From positions 1,439 through 65,438 of the forward strand of contig PWFS01000001.1 in assembly GCA_003554145.1 (NCBI GenBank): a stretch of 64,000 nt of DNA, read 5' to 3'. Origin of the DNA: Halobacteroidaceae bacterium. Its GTDB lineage: Bacteria; Bacillota; Halanaerobiia; B1SED10-174. The notes beneath the pieces are model-generated. The model did no database searches. It was not told where the DNA came from and saw only the letters and a list, made by a program, of their open reading frames with translations. A program made the translations under genes and the position numbers. Positions 29,970-39,956 of this stretch are shown piece by piece; position 1 is the first letter of the stretch; each line of letters begins with the position of its first letter.

Positions 29970-30662
29970 ATGAAAACACTTGGTTTGATTGGCGGCATGA
30001 GCTGGGAATCTACCAGCGAATATTACCGCATAATCAATCAGACGGTTAAAGAAAAACTGGGTCCCACCCATTCCTGCCGAAGCGTAATCTATTCGGTGGA
30101 TTTTGCTGAAATTTCCCGAATGCAGCATCAAAGGGATTGGGAAGGGCTGACAGCGGAAATGGTTGAGATTGCCCGAAGACTGGAGAAAGCAGGAGCAGGG
30201 TTAATAATAATCTGCTCCAATACCATGCATATTATGGCTGATGTTGTTGCGGATAAGATTGAAGTGCCCCTTCTGCATATTGTTGATGTAACTGCGGAAG
30301 CCATTAAGGAGCAGGGCCTGAAAACAGCTGGCCTTTTGGGAACCAGTTTTACCATGGAGGAGGGCTTTTATAAAGAACGGTTGCGGGACAAACATAATCT
30401 GACTACCCTTACTCCATCAGCCCCCGAGCGAGAAACAGTTCACAGGATAATTTATGAGGAATTAATTTCCGGGCAAATTAAGGAACCATCCCGGCAAAAA
30501 TTCCAGGAAATTATTCAGAACCTGAAAGAGCGGGGAGCAGAGGGAATAATTCTGGGATGTACAGAGATCCCCCTTTTAATCAGGGCCGAGCACAGTAATT
30601 TGCCCCTTTTCGATACTACCCTGCTCCATGCCCGGCGGGCAGTTGAAGAAATTTTAAAATAA
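29970..30662 (+). CDS. Aspartate/glutamate-racemase-family protein (aspartate racemase-like)
   Basis: GLIGGMSWEST, IICSNTMH (Cys), GIILGCTEIPLL (second Cys). Confidence 0.8.
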   Translation: MKTLGLIGGMSWESTSEYYRIINQTVKEKLGPTHSCRSVIYSVDFAEISRMQHQRDWEGLTAEMVEIARRLEKAGAGLIIICSNTMHIMADVVADKIEVPLLHIVDVTAEAIKEQGLKTAGLLGTSFTMEEGFYKERLRDKHNLTTLTPSAPERETVHRIIYEELISGQIKEPSRQKFQEIIQNLKERGAEGIILGCTEIPLLIRAEHSNLPLFDTTLLHARRAVEEILK

Positions 30663-30692
30663 AAGGAAGTAGCAGGGGAAGGGGTTTTGCTA

Positions 30693-31142
30693 ATGTTAAA
30701 AACAAAGATCAGGAGCATAATCCTGCTGAGCCTGATTCTGATTATGGTTTTGGCTCCTGCTGTACATGCCGCCGAACTGACCCTGGGGATTAAGCGAGGA
30801 GCAGGGCTGGGAACCGGGGGAGTGGAAGCAGAACTGGGGGTTAAGGGAAGGATGGCCTTTTTTATTGGCGCAGGCTTTCATCATCAACTGCTCAGCCTTA
30901 ATTCCGGGCTGAGGTTATATATTAATCCCTCCCGGGATGGGATTTTTGTCAGCTCTTTTCTGGGTCGGGTCACCGATTTTAGTGGAAGCCCAACGGGGGG
31001 ATATGCCCTGGGGGGTACCGTAGGTTATAGCTGGGAGTTTGCTCCTCCCTGGCGAATTATGTTTGAGGGAGGTGCCCTGCTGGGTTTTGACGGTAGTCGA
31101 ATACCGACGGTGGGATTTGGAGTTGGGTATCAAATTTTTTAG
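30693..31142 (+). CDS. Small outer-membrane beta-barrel protein (OmpW/OmpX-like)
   Basis: Signal peptide ending AVHA-AE, alternating Gly/aromatic beta-strand pattern, C-terminal ...GVGYQIF aromatic terminus typical of OMPs. Confidence 0.55.
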   Translation: MLKTKIRSIILLSLILIMVLAPAVHAAELTLGIKRGAGLGTGGVEAELGVKGRMAFFIGAGFHHQLLSLNSGLRLYINPSRDGIFVSSFLGRVTDFSGSPTGGYALGGTVGYSWEFAPPWRIMFEGGALLGFDGSRIPTVGFGVGYQIF

Positions 31143-31156
31143 GGGAGTCGATTTCA

Positions 31157-31969
31157 GTGCTTTATGAGTTGCAACCAGCCCATTTTGGCAGATGTTCAGA
31201 ACTGGTTAATCTCCTGGGCCAACTGGAGGTCAGAGCAATTATCGGTGGGAATAATCCGGGGCGGGTTTTTGTAGATAATGAAGAAAACCCATCTACAGGG
31301 CTGGTCTGGCTGGGTAACCTGGATGGGTTCTTTTTTATCGGACGGGAGGATAATGAGGAATTCAACCGGGAGGCCCCTCAATTTATCGAACGGGTAATTG
31401 GGCCCCAGGCCCGGGACCAGGGAGTAGAATGGTTTGAATGTTTTGGGAACCGACCCCAATGGGATAAAGTAATTAAAAAGATATTTGCCGGAAGAGAGAT
31501 GGAGACCTGGAAACAAAAAGTATTTTCTCTTACCCCAGAAAAGATGCAGCCTCTAAAAAAACCTGATGGTTATTCGCTGATAAAAATTAATGGGGAGAGT
31601 TTTGCTCCGACCCTGGAAAATTATCGGTACTGGCAGGAAAGGATAATTGAATTCTGGGGTGATATATCTTCATTCCTGGAAAAGGGGACTGGCTATGGTG
31701 TGCTCCAGGGGGACAAACTGGTTGGGATGTGTTTATCCGGGTTTGTTTGGGAAGGAGTTCACGGGGTTGATATTGAAATCCTGCCTGATTATCAGGGTCA
31801 AAAGCTGGGGAGTTTAATTAGCCAGGCCTTCTTGAATGAATGCAGCCGCAGGGGCTGGACTGCTTACTGGGATTGTATGGAACAAAACCGGGCTTCAGAA
31901 GCAATTGCTCGGAAAATTGGCCTGCAGGAACAATTTTCCTATCAGGGCTTTGAATTTGAATTAAAGTAG
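31157..31969 (+). CDS. GNAT-family N-acetyltransferase (C-terminal GNAT domain)
   Basis: C-terminal VDIEILPDYQGQKLGSLI..., RRGWTAYWDC pattern; GTG start after AGGGGAG RBS. Confidence 0.6.
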   Translation: MLYELQPAHFGRCSELVNLLGQLEVRAIIGGNNPGRVFVDNEENPSTGLVWLGNLDGFFFIGREDNEEFNREAPQFIERVIGPQARDQGVEWFECFGNRPQWDKVIKKIFAGREMETWKQKVFSLTPEKMQPLKKPDGYSLIKINGESFAPTLENYRYWQERIIEFWGDISSFLEKGTGYGVLQGDKLVGMCLSGFVWEGVHGVDIEILPDYQGQKLGSLISQAFLNECSRRGWTAYWDCMEQNRASEAIARKIGLQEQFSYQGFEFELK

Positions 31970-31999
31970 CAAAGGGACAGGAAAGATGATAGATTTATG

Positions 32000-33052
32000 T
32001 TATAAAAACGGGGGGCGATAGCTGGCGGTTAAAGGGAATTTTTCCTGAGGGTGTATTGCTTCAATAAGATTGATTATTATATCCTCTTCCTGGCGGGTTA
32101 TTACCGGAAATCCATGGTGCCTGTTGCGATACTTTATTGGTCGGCCTTCTTTTTCCCGGGCCCGGATAAAGTCCAGGTGATGCTGGAGACGCTTTAAAAT
32201 ATAATTATTGCCTTCCTGGAGAAAAAGAAAAGCCCGGTCCCTGGCCATTTCCCCCAGGGAGGGTTTGAGGTCCACCCCGGTGCTGTTTCTTTCTGAGGCA
32301 ATTGCGGCCAGCATAACCGTTCCCGTTCCGGCAAAGGGGTCCAGGACCTGATCGCCTTTGATGGAAAACATGTTTATCAGTCGATAGGCCAGCTCAAAAG
32401 GGAAAGCCCCACTGCGCCCATTCCCCTTTTTATTGTTGATGGTTTGCCGGGCCCCTTTTAACTGGGACCAGACATCGGAAAACCATTTATTCCGTTCTTC
32501 CCAGAAAAAGGCGCTCTCCCGCCTTTTTTGTTTTTGTTCCGGGCAGTTAAACTGCCGTTTTTCTCCTTTGCGCAGGAGCAGTATGTATTCATGTTCCAGG
32601 GTGACATAAGCGCCGGGAGGTAACATGCCGGAGCCCATAAACTTATTGGGGGCATTGGTTTCTTTTCTCCAGATAATTGCCGGAAGAGGGTTCAAGCCCT
32701 TTTCCTGGCAGTAACTGAGGATCCGGGCATGATTGGGAAACAGTTGAAAATTGCTGTTAACCGTCCGGGTAGCGTCACCAATATTGATGCAGGCCATTCC
32801 CCCGGGTTTTAAGACCCGGCAGATTTCGTCCCAGCAATAGTCTAACTGTCGGTGCATGAGCTCAAAAGCCCTGATTCCTGCTCCCTGCATAAGGGCTTCT
32901 TCGACTTCAGGGTCCAGTCCCATGAAAAGTTCGTCCCACATGGCAATCATGGGATAGGGAGGCGAGGTAACAATCAGATCCATACTGTCCCGGGATATCA
33001 TTTCCAGGTGCCGGGAATCACCGATTATGAAATCATGGCAGGTAGTCATCAT
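32000..33052 (-). CDS. DNA methyltransferase, beta-class amino-MTase (N6-adenine or N4-cytosine); no cognate restriction gene nearby
   Basis: Motif IV TSPPY near N-terminus, motif I VLDPFAGTGTV near C-terminus (beta-class order). Confidence 0.8.
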   Translation of the reverse strand: MMTTCHDFIIGDSRHLEMISRDSMDLIVTSPPYPMIAMWDELFMGLDPEVEEALMQGAGIRAFELMHRQLDYCWDEICRVLKPGGMACINIGDATRTVNSNFQLFPNHARILSYCQEKGLNPLPAIIWRKETNAPNKFMGSGMLPPGAYVTLEHEYILLLRKGEKRQFNCPEQKQKRRESAFFWEERNKWFSDVWSQLKGARQTINNKKGNGRSGAFPFELAYRLINMFSIKGDQVLDPFAGTGTVMLAAIASERNSTGVDLKPSLGEMARDRAFLFLQEGNNYILKRLQHHLDFIRAREKEGRPIKYRNRHHGFPVITRQEEDIIINLIEAIHPQEKFPLTASYRPPFL

Positions 33053-33234
33053 TTCCTCCTGGTAGGATCAATTTTCTCAATATTATCAAATTGGAACTGG
33101 TAAATCAATGTTAGAACTGAGGAGGGGATAGTGAGTAGGAAAGGGGGGGCAAAACGTGCCAGCAGGCAGGATAAAAGAGGCTTTTATCATCAGCCCGGGA
33201 AAACCGGTTAAAAAATAAGCGGGGAAAAAGGAAA

Positions 33235-33510
33235 TTGCCGTTGGAGGAGGAAGAGGTTAGAAGGAGGTGGGGGGTTTTGCTGACCATAAAGTGTGCCCGC
33301 TGCAAGAGCAAAGTCATGCAGTATAAAAAAATCGGGCAGGGTCGGGTTTTGCGCTGCTATCTCCCTCGGATCAAACGATTTTTTGCCCGGGTGGAAAAAG
33401 GTCAACTTCAGTGTCCGGGCTGTGATAATATTATTGGGAAAAAGAAAACCGGGTTTTTTCAAATGAACCGCAGGGAGTTTACTTATTCCGGGAAAAAAAT
33501 AAAAAAATAA
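33235..33510 (+). CDS. Small basic zinc-ribbon protein (CxxC...CxxC); start uncertain
   Basis: CARCKS ... CPGCDN four-Cys arrangement; Lys/Arg-rich; possible TTG start near 33276 after GGAGGTG. Confidence 0.35.
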   Translation: MPLEEEEVRRRWGVLLTIKCARCKSKVMQYKKIGQGRVLRCYLPRIKRFFARVEKGQLQCPGCDNIIGKKKTGFFQMNRREFTYSGKKIKK

Positions 33511-33602
33511 TTGACCTTAGAGTTAAGGCAGGAATCGGAAACCGGGACAGGAAATAATAAGAGATGGATTGTCCCGGAAAAAGAAAGAAACAGGAGGGAT
33601 AA

Positions 33603-35583
33603 AATGTCAGTTGAAAAGCTTGCAGTTGACACCATAAGGTTTTTGGCCGTGGATGCCGTGGAGAAGGCGAAATCGGGACACCCCGGACTGCCCATGGGTG
33701 GTGCGGCCATAGGTTATACCCTCTGGAGCAGATTTTTAAATCATGATCCCCGGGACCCGGGCTGGCCAGACCGTGACCGCTTTGTTCTCTCTGCTGGCCA
33801 CGGCTCCATGCTCCTTTACGGTCTGTTACACCTTTTTGGATATGACCTGACCATGGATGATATCAAGGCTTTTCGACAGTGGGGTAGCAAAACCCCCGGT
33901 CACCCGGAAGCAGGTATTCCTCCCGGGGTAGAAACCACCACCGGCCCCCTGGGTCAGGGGCTGGGTAATGCAGTGGGAATGGCCATAGCCGAGCAGCGCC
34001 TGGCGGGGGAATTCAATCAGCCCGATCTGCAGCTGGTTGATCATTATACCTATGTTTATACCGGAGATGGATGTATGATGGAGGGAATAAGCAGTGAAGC
34101 CGCATCACTGGCCGGTCATCTGGGGCTGGGCAAGTTGATCTGTTTGTATGATGATAATGAAATAACCATCGATGGGCCCACCGACCTTACCTTTTCGGAA
34201 GAGGTGGGTAAGCGCTTTGAGGCCTTTGGCTGGCAGGTTTTAACGGTAGAAGATGGACAGAATATTGAAGAAATTGCCCGGGCTATTACAGCGGGTAAAG
34301 CCCACTCTCAGGCTCCAACCCTGATCAAAGTAAAAACCCGAATTGGTTACGGGAGCCCTTCTAAAGAAGGAAAGGCTGCTGCCCACGGTGCTCCCCTGGG
34401 TGAAGAAGAGGTTAAAGCCACCCGGGAAAACCTGGGCTGGCCTGTTGATAAGGAGTTCCATGTTCCTGCGGAGGTAAAGGAGCATTTTCGTTCCCTGCAG
34501 GAAAAAGCCATAGAGAAACGCCGAGAATGGGATAAAATATGGTCTCAGTATGAAACAGAATATCCGCAGAAGGCCCGGGAATGGAAAATGTGGCATGATA
34601 ATCGCCTGCCGGAGGACTTAAAGAAATCTCGTCCCCTTGAATTTACTGAACCTGTGGCTACCCGGGCTGCTTCAGGGGAAATTATGCAGAAAATCTCCGG
34701 TTATCTTCCCAACTTTATGGGTGGTTCTGCCGATCTCTATGCTTCCACAAAAACTCATTTAAAAGAAAAGGAAGACTTTACCCGGGATAACCGCAAAGGC
34801 AATAATATCTTTTTTGGCGTCAGGGAGCATGCCATGGGAGCAATTGTCAACGGAATGGCTCTTCATGGTGGGCTTCGGCCCTTTGCTTCTACTTTCCTGG
34901 TTTTTGCCGATTACATGAAACCCCCCCTGCGCCTGGCTGCCCTTTCCCACCTCCCTGCAATTTTTGTTTTTACTCATGATAGTATTGGAGTGGGGGAAGA
35001 TGGCCCCACCCATCAACCAATAGAGCAACTGGCCATGTTGCGTTCCATCCCCAATATGTGTGTTTTAAGGCCAGCAGATGGGCGGGAGACTGAAGTTGCC
35101 TGGGAAAAAGCCCTGCAGAATCAGCAGGGCCCCACCAGTATTGTTTTGACCCGGCAGAAGCTGCCTCCTCTGGAGGGCTCATCTTCAGAAGCGGGAAGAG
35201 GTGCCTATATTGTGGCCGGGGATAAGGACAGTAATCCTGATTTAATTTTAATGGGCAGTGGTTCCGAAGTGCACCTGATTGTGCAGGCCCGGGAACAACT
35301 GGTGAAAGAAGGTTACCGGGTTCAGGCGGTGAGCTTCATGAGCTGGGAACTATTTGCTGCTCAGCCCCGGGAATATCAGGAACGAATTCTTCCTCCTGGA
35401 GTTAAAAAGCGACTGGCAGTTGAGGCAGCAGCTTCACTGGGGTGGGAACGCTTTGTGGGCCAAGAAGGCCTGGTCTGGGGAATTGATGAATTCGGAGCTT
35501 CTGCGCCTGGAGATTTATTAATGGAGAAAAAAGGGTTTTCGGTGGAAAATATTGTTCAGCAGGCCCGAAAACTCCTGAAATAG
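33603..35583 (+). CDS. tkt: Transketolase
   Basis: [40 protein letters not shown] (TPP motif), full length ~660 aa. Confidence 0.9.
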
Positions 35584-35702
35584 GTTGCGATTTAAGGACA
35601 GGGTTGATTTAATGGGAAGAAAAAACCTTTGCCCTTGGTTCAAAATTGAGGTTGCTTTTGGATTTTCCCGTAGGGCAGAAATTAAGGGGAGATGGTGCGT
35701 GG

Positions 35703-37343
35703 ATGGTGGGTAAAGCCGTTTTAATTTTACTTTTAATTTTTTTTACTTCAGGCGGCTTGAGTTTTGCTCAGGAAGAATGGCCCGAAGGCTGGTCCCGGGA
35801 AGGGAGTGTTGCTGTATTTGGTGACTATTCTCGGGATTATAGCCTGTTGATTACCGGGAGTGGGGACCGCTTAGTTGCTGGATTTGAGGGAAGCACCGTT
35901 CGAAATATCAGGGCAACTTTGCTTCGCAATGGAAATGAGATCTATACTTCCCCTACTTTTTTTAACGCCTTTCAATCGGAATTGGTTGTTGATGAGAGGG
36001 GCGGTTATCATCTATTCTGGGTTGAGCGGGAGGGTAGCCTGCAGCGAATTCTCTACACCTATATTGATGGGGATGGAGAAATCCGCCAGGATAGCCTTAT
36101 TCTCCGGGAGAGCCCGTCGCGGATCGATGGGATGACCGCCGTTGAGAGAGTAGAAGGGGAAATTCACCTGATCTGGTCAGATGTGGAAAGACCGGAGGGT
36201 GTTCTGCTGCACATGATTATTGAAGAAGGGCAAATTGTCCAGGACTATCAGGTTCTGGTAAAAGATCCCTTCCGTCCCACCGGAAGTACTTTTGTTTTTG
36301 ACCGGGAGGGGTACCTCCATTTATTCTGGAGAAAAATTGATGATTGGGAAATGAATTGTTATTATCAGAAATTTACCCCCGAAGGTGAGGCAGCGGGCCC
36401 CGCGGACAAGCTGGTTAAGCTGACCAATCTGGATGGAGACCGCCGTCCGGTTATTGATGCTGAACTAAAGGCATTTTGGGATGAGGAGGGGCAGATCTAC
36501 CTGATTTTTTCCGGGCAGGATCAACAGGCAGGCATGGATAACGGCCATTTTTCGCAGATTGTACTGGAAAAAGGCCGTTCTCCCGGCGAACCCATGCGTA
36601 TTTCTCCCAGTTTTCAACGCCTGCAGTCCATGGATGCGATTATTACTCCTGAGGCCCTGCACCTGGCCTGGGTTCATTTCCAGGGGAATCGCTATCGGCC
36701 ATTTTATATGAAAGTTTCCCGGGAAGGGGAAATTCAGTATGGGCCTCAGGTTATGGATCTAACTACTTCTGGAGGTTTGAATCCCCGCCTGGCCCGGGAT
36801 AATGATTCCATTCACTATTTCTGGCAGAGAACAGGCAGCGAAGTTGGAACTGTTGATATACTGGCCCGCAATGACGGAAATCCCCAGTCTCCTCCCCTGG
36901 GTTATGCCCTGGGGCTGGGCAAACGTAATCCCCACCTGGGCTTTTTGTATGTCCTGGGGGTAGGATTTGTTTATGCAGCCCTGTTAACAGTTTTTGCAAA
37001 ATTCCTGGGCCCGGTCGCGGTTTATTTCATTCTGGCCCTGGCCAATCGTCTGAAATTGATTGGCAATCTGGAAAAATTTCCTGTGCACGGAGCCCTGGTA
37101 ATTATGGCCGGTTTATTTTTGTTCCAGGATACAGTACTGGACTTTATTCACCTGGAATGGTCTGGCCGTTTCTTCCCCCTGCTGGCAGCTTCACTGGCTT
37201 CTGCTTTTGCCCTCCTGATGAAAAAAGGGGAAAAACGATGGTTGAAACTGGATAATACCATGGGCTGGGTTTTCTTCATGGTGCTCTGGTTATACTGGTA
37301 TACCTTTTTAATCACGGTTCCGAATTTAATTATAACCTCCTGA
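35703..37343 (+). CDS. Paralog A: membrane-anchored repeat protein (EWPEGWS motif, six x-H-L-x-W repeats, C-terminal 4-TM domain); uncharacterised family
   Basis: Signal/TM MVGKAVLILLLIFF; repeats YHLFW, IHLIW, LHLFW, IYLIF, LHLAW, IHYFW spaced ~50 aa; hydrophobic C-terminal ~130 aa; 15 nt upstream of polA; paralogs at 39957 and 58974. Confidence 0.6.
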   Translation: MVGKAVLILLLIFFTSGGLSFAQEEWPEGWSREGSVAVFGDYSRDYSLLITGSGDRLVAGFEGSTVRNIRATLLRNGNEIYTSPTFFNAFQSELVVDERGGYHLFWVEREGSLQRILYTYIDGDGEIRQDSLILRESPSRIDGMTAVERVEGEIHLIWSDVERPEGVLLHMIIEEGQIVQDYQVLVKDPFRPTGSTFVFDREGYLHLFWRKIDDWEMNCYYQKFTPEGEAAGPADKLVKLTNLDGDRRPVIDAELKAFWDEEGQIYLIFSGQDQQAGMDNGHFSQIVLEKGRSPGEPMRISPSFQRLQSMDAIITPEALHLAWVHFQGNRYRPFYMKVSREGEIQYGPQVMDLTTSGGLNPRLARDNDSIHYFWQRTGSEVGTVDILARNDGNPQSPPLGYALGLGKRNPHLGFLYVLGVGFVYAALLTVFAKFLGPVAVYFILALANRLKLIGNLEKFPVHGALVIMAGLFLFQDTVLDFIHLEWSGRFFPLLAASLASAFALLMKKGEKRWLKLDNTMGWVFFMVLWLYWYTFLITVPNLIITS

Positions 37344-37360
37344 ATGGAGGTTGGGAGTTG

Positions 37361-39940
37361 ATGGTTTTGGCCAAGAAGTCTTTTATTATTGATGGGCACA
37401 GTCTCGCTCACCGCTGCTTTTATGCCATGCCTCCCCTCTCTACCCGGGGAAAACCCATGGGTGCAGTTTTTGGGGTGGCCAAAATTCTCCTGAAAATATT
37501 GCAGGAGGAAAAACCAGAATTTCTGGGGGTGGCTTTTGATCACCCCAGTCCTACTTTTCGCCACCGGGAGTTTCCGGATTATAAAGCTCAGCGGGAGAAG
37601 ACCCCAGATGAACTGCGACCTCAGTTTTCAGATATTAAGAAGCTTCTGCAGGTGATGGGTATCCCCATTTATGAGCAGGAAGGATTTGAAGCCGACGATG
37701 TCCTGGGCAGCCTGGCTCAAATTCTGAATAACAGGGATTATGAAACCTATATTATTACCGGGGACAAGGATAGCCTGCAACTGGTGGACGATAAGGTTCG
37801 GGTCCGCTATACCCTGCGGGGTATAACGGAAACTGTTGACTATACTCCCGAACAGATTGAGGAACAATATGGACTGGATCCCCAACAGCTAATTGATGTA
37901 AAAGCTCTGATGGGAGATAGCTCGGATAATATACCCGGGGTTCCGGGTATCGGGGAAAAAACCGCCCTACAGCTGATTAAAAAGTATGATAATGTGGAAA
38001 ACCTCCTGGACCATAGATCGGAAATTAAAGGCAAAAGAGGGCAGGCCATTGAAGAAAATAAGGATTTTATACTGCTGAACAAGAAACTGGTGACTATTGA
38101 AACCGGATTGTCAGTGGAAATAGGAAAAGACCTGAAACAGTACACTGACCCACCCTGGTCAGAGGTTGCGGAGCTTTTTCGCGAATGGCAGTTTTCCAGC
38201 CTGCTCAACGCCCTGCCCCTGGGCACAGAAGATCAACCTCCAAAAAAGGAAATCGATTTTCTGGAGATCGATAATGAAGAAGTTTGGGCCCGGGTTAAAG
38301 ATGATTTTAAACCCCTAAATCCCCTTCCAGTGGCCTGGGTGGTGCAGGGGCAGAGGCCCCTGGAATACAGGCTACAGAAACTGGCGCTGGGTGGCGAGGA
38401 TCAGGTGCTAATTTTTTCAGGGGAAAGTCTGCCTGAAGATATCCAGGAATTGCTTCAGAGTTCAGAGCAGGATAAAATTGGCCACAATTTTAAATCTGTT
38501 TTTAAGTTGATAAATCCGGGAGGGAAGCTATTCGACACTTCCCTGGCCTTTTATCTGCAGGAACCTGGAAGTGCTCCCCCCGAGTTGGGACAGCTGGTGG
38601 AAAGAATTTGCGGGGCAAACATAGAGGATGAAACAGATATTTCCGACCTGGCCCGCATGGTTAATTACCTGCCCGAGGTAGGGGAATACCTGGAGGAGCA
38701 ATTGGAGAAAAACAGCGTCCTGGAAGTTTTTGAAGAAGTTGAAGCCCCCCTTATTCCTGTTCTGGCAGAAATGGAGGCCAATGGAATAAAGATTGATCAG
38801 GAATTTCTTAAAAAACTCTCTGCAGAACTGGAGAAAAAGCTCCAGGGTATTAAAGAGAAAGCCTACAGCTATGCGGGGCGGGAGTTTAACCTCAACTCCC
38901 CCAAGCAACTGGGGGAGGTCCTGTTTGAGGAACTGGAGCTGCCGGTTTTAAAGAGGACCAAGACCGGTTATGGTACCGGGGCAGATATCCTGGAAAAGCT
39001 CCGGGACCAGCATCCCATTATTGAATATATTCTCCATCACCGCCAGCTGTCCAAGCTAAAATCCACCTATGTTGATGCTCTCCCGGCCCTGGTAAATTCC
39101 CGGACCGGTCGTCTGCACACCTCATTTCATCAGAATATTACTGCAACCGGTCGTCTCAGCAGTTCCGAGCCCAACCTGCAGAACATCCCCATCCGAACCA
39201 GGGAAGGACAGAAAATTCGGCGGGCTTTCGTTGCTGATAAGGGAAATATGCTCCTGGCTGCAGATTATTCCCAGATTGAATTGCGGGTTCTGGCCCATAT
39301 GGTGGGGGAGGGGGGCCTGAGGCGGGCCTTTTCTGAGGGTCGGGATATTCACACCCAGACTGCCAGTGAGGTTTTTGGGGTGGACCCTGGAGAAGTTGAT
39401 CCTGAGTTGCGGCGCCGGGCAAAAGTTATTAATTTTGGGCTGGCTTACGGAATGTCTGCTTACGGGCTGTCCCAGGATTTAGATGTTTCCCAGGAGGAGG
39501 CCAGGGATTATATCGAACGTTATTTCAACCGCTTTCCCGGGATGAAAGAATATATCGACAGTTGTATTCAAAAAGCCCGGGAGAAGGGATACGTGGAAAC
39601 CCTGCTCCAGAGAAAAAGATATCTTCCTGATATTAATCACCGGGTACCCCATCGGCGCAACTTTGCCGAAAGAATGGCTATTAACACTCCCATCCAGGGT
39701 ACTGCAGCTGATATTATGAAAATGGCCATGCTCAAAGTATTTGAAGAGTTGAAGTCCTGGCCAGGAGTACGCATTCTCCTCCAGGTCCATGACGAACTGG
39801 TCCTGGAGGTCCCAGAAAAAGAAGCAGAAGAGGTGGGAAAGGTAGTTGCCGAGGCCATGGAAAATGCTTTTGATCTTGCAGTTCCCCTGGAAGTGGATTT
39901 GAAAAAAGGTCCCAACTGGATGGATATGACGGCTTTTTAA
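37361..39940 (+). CDS. polA: DNA polymerase I (5'-3' exonuclease + vestigial 3'-5' exo + polymerase)
   Basis: 5'-nuclease N-terminus, pol motifs DYSQIELR (A), RRRAKVINFGLAYGMS (B), QVHDELVLEV (C); proofreading DxE motif not evident (Bst/Taq-like). Confidence 0.95.
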   Translation: MVLAKKSFIIDGHSLAHRCFYAMPPLSTRGKPMGAVFGVAKILLKILQEEKPEFLGVAFDHPSPTFRHREFPDYKAQREKTPDELRPQFSDIKKLLQVMGIPIYEQEGFEADDVLGSLAQILNNRDYETYIITGDKDSLQLVDDKVRVRYTLRGITETVDYTPEQIEEQYGLDPQQLIDVKALMGDSSDNIPGVPGIGEKTALQLIKKYDNVENLLDHRSEIKGKRGQAIEENKDFILLNKKLVTIETGLSVEIGKDLKQYTDPPWSEVAELFREWQFSSLLNALPLGTEDQPPKKEIDFLEIDNEEVWARVKDDFKPLNPLPVAWVVQGQRPLEYRLQKLALGGEDQVLIFSGESLPEDIQELLQSSEQDKIGHNFKSVFKLINPGGKLFDTSLAFYLQEPGSAPPELGQLVERICGANIEDETDISDLARMVNYLPEVGEYLEEQLEKNSVLEVFEEVEAPLIPVLAEMEANGIKIDQEFLKKLSAELEKKLQGIKEKAYSYAGREFNLNSPKQLGEVLFEELELPVLKRTKTGYGTGADILEKLRDQHPIIEYILHHRQLSKLKSTYVDALPALVNSRTGRLHTSFHQNITATGRLSSSEPNLQNIPIRTREGQKIRRAFVADKGNMLLAADYSQIELRVLAHMVGEGGLRRAFSEGRDIHTQTASEVFGVDPGEVDPELRRRAKVINFGLAYGMSAYGLSQDLDVSQEEARDYIERYFNRFPGMKEYIDSCIQKAREKGYVETLLQRKRYLPDINHRVPHRRNFAERMAINTPIQGTAADIMKMAMLKVFEELKSWPGVRILLQVHDELVLEVPEKEAEEVGKVVAEAMENAFDLAVPLEVDLKKGPNWMDMTAF

Positions 39941-39956
39941 AAGGGAGGAGAAGCCG

